Assembly (NCBI GenBank): GCA_963664395.2
Contig: OY761159.2
Coordinates: forward strand, 3,808,001-3,872,000
Reading direction: 5' to 3'
Length of the DNA: 64,000 nucleotides
From: Candidatus Binatia bacterium
GTDB taxonomy: Bacteria; Desulfobacterota; Binatia; Bin18
Shown: positions 62,490 to 64,000 of the stretch, piece after piece
Layout: the number at the start of each line of letters is the position of its first letter
How positions within the stretch are numbered: the stretch's first letter is position 1
Notes under the pieces: generated by a model
Told to the model about the DNA's origin: nothing
Databases searched by the model: none
The model's input: the letters and a program-made list of their open reading frames with translations, nothing else
Program-made: the position numbers and the translations under genes

Positions 62490-63821
62490 ATGAATATTTC
62501 GATTGAGAGGCTGAGCTCGGTCCAGAAAAAAATTGCTTTCGAGATTCCTGCGGACCAAGTGCAAGCTGGGTTGGAGAAGGCGTATCGCGCTTATCAAAAC
62601 CACGTCCGACTGAAAGGCTTTCGTGCTGGACGGGTGCCAAGGCAAGTACTCGAACGTCGTTTTGGGGAGCAGATTGCTGCAGAAGTGAGTTCCTCTTTGG
62701 TTGAGGAGTCTCTTGCTAAAGCAATAGAAGAGCACGAACTTGCCATTGTCACAAAGCCCCACATTGTGACCGAGCGCCTGGTCGCGGGAAATCCTTTTTG
62801 TTATTCCGCAACTGTCGAGACTAAGCCTGAAGTCAAAAATGTCGATTACGAGGGGATAGAAGTTGAAAAAGTTGTCTCATCAGTAGAGGAGAAGGAGGTT
62901 GACGAATCCTTAGCTCGACTTGCTGAATCCCTTGCTCAGCTTCACCCCGTAACGGATCGCGATCAGGTTGAATCGGAAGATGTTATCACCCTGGACTACC
63001 GTGCAGCGCAGAATGGGCAATCCATTCCGGGGCTCGAAGGGAAGGGGCGATTGGTTGAAATGGGGAAAGAGTCTCTCCTGCCCGGGTTTCAGGAGCAGCT
63101 CATTGGCATCCAGAAAGGGCAGACTGTTGAATTTTCGCTGCCATTACCTCTACCTCAGGGGCCTCAAGAGGAAAACTCCGATCAGCAGGAGCAGGAGGCC
63201 ATTACCGCTCATTTTCGAGTAACAATACATGATATCGCTAAAAAGGAAGTACCTCTTTTAGACGATGAGTTTGCTAAAGACCACGGGGAGTGTGATACCC
63301 TTGAAGAGTTACGTGCCAAGGTTCGGGATAATATGGAAAAGATGGCGGAGCGGAGAGCCGAAGGGCAGATGTATGATGCTGTGCTGAGCCAAATGCTCAA
63401 CAAAAATCCCTTTGAGGTCCCTCCTGGTCTTATTCGTGAACAAGCGCAGCAGTTGTTCGTTGAATCGGGCATGCAGGGGCAGGGTAATATCACTTTTGAT
63501 GATCAGACTATTCCTGATGCTATACGTAAGGACTTTTCCCAGCGGGCCCAGAGGCAGATTGAGACGACAGTACTCCTCGATGCACTGGTGGAGCAACTGA
63601 GTGTAACAAGCACAGAGGAAGAGGTTGATCTGAAAATTGAAGATTTTGGATCGGTAAGTGCCGAACATCGACAGCAGATTGAAGCACTGTATGCTAATCC
63701 GACGAACCGTCAGATGCTGAAAGGGCGACTGCTCAGAGAAAAGGCGCTTCAGGCGGTTATAGAGAAGGTACACATTCGAACGGTCCAGAAAGACGTTGCT
63801 GGTGCCGAGGAAAACGATTAG
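62490..63821 (+). CDS. tig: Trigger factor
   Basis: GFRAGRVP ribosome-binding motif, FKBP-like core (LPGFQEQLIG) and LDDEFAK. Confidence 0.93.
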   Translation: MNISIERLSSVQKKIAFEIPADQVQAGLEKAYRAYQNHVRLKGFRAGRVPRQVLERRFGEQIAAEVSSSLVEESLAKAIEEHELAIVTKPHIVTERLVAGNPFCYSATVETKPEVKNVDYEGIEVEKVVSSVEEKEVDESLARLAESLAQLHPVTDRDQVESEDVITLDYRAAQNGQSIPGLEGKGRLVEMGKESLLPGFQEQLIGIQKGQTVEFSLPLPLPQGPQEENSDQQEQEAITAHFRVTIHDIAKKEVPLLDDEFAKDHGECDTLEELRAKVRDNMEKMAERRAEGQMYDAVLSQMLNKNPFEVPPGLIREQAQQLFVESGMQGQGNITFDDQTIPDAIRKDFSQRAQRQIETTVLLDALVEQLSVTSTEEEVDLKIEDFGSVSAEHRQQIEALYANPTNRQMLKGRLLREKALQAVIEKVHIRTVQKDVAGAEEND

Positions 63822-64000
63822 TATGGACCCTCAGTGAAGGACCTTTTCCACACCCTGTGCGATTGGGCTGACAGATGAAAACCTTTCTATATATCAGGCG
63901 ACTGTCCAGTAAGGGTAGGTGAGTTAGCATGGATACCGCTTTTTCTTCCGAGCGAGAGGACACAGCGATAACATGGAGCATGCATCTCTATGCCGTGTGG

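Noticed and set aside
63822-64000. Start of clpP after tig
   Set aside because: Expected from common synteny, but no ClpP-like sequence is visible before the window ends.

Overview
Bacterial chromosomal window, moderately GC-rich. The gene content suggests a delta-proteobacteria-like or Binatota-like lineage (inference only). 1-12.3 kb holds mixed catabolic/redox genes (MFS transporter, DsbA/HCCA isomerase, flavin monooxygenase, YqjG, MOSC, amidase), a NucS-like nuclease and two frameshifted genes. 12.3-22.2 kb is an accessory block ending at tRNA-Ala(CGC): orphan hflC, an RRM protein, a GT4+GH15 pair, a stomatin-like gene and small ORFs. This block carries three diverged copies of a ~160-nt promoter plus structured leader plus N-terminal-peptide cassette that I do not recognise. 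22.4-45.3 kb is core genome (tatA, plsC, rnj, ftsK, lolA, yebC, ruvCAB, asnS) and includes an NtrY-like kinase followed by an in-frame receiver-domain-LpxC fusion. 45.4-61.7 kb is an Fe-S assembly cluster (two Mrp/ApbC, DUF971, ferredoxin, degenerate FNR-like protein, iscU, extra nuoB, Rrf2) running into an 11-subunit complex I-like operon without nuoEFG, whose NuoL has a 26-aa helix duplication. Five tRNAs and tig end the window. The best candidates for new biology are the REC-LpxC fusion and the triplicated leader cassette. All calls come from reading the sequence; no database search was run.
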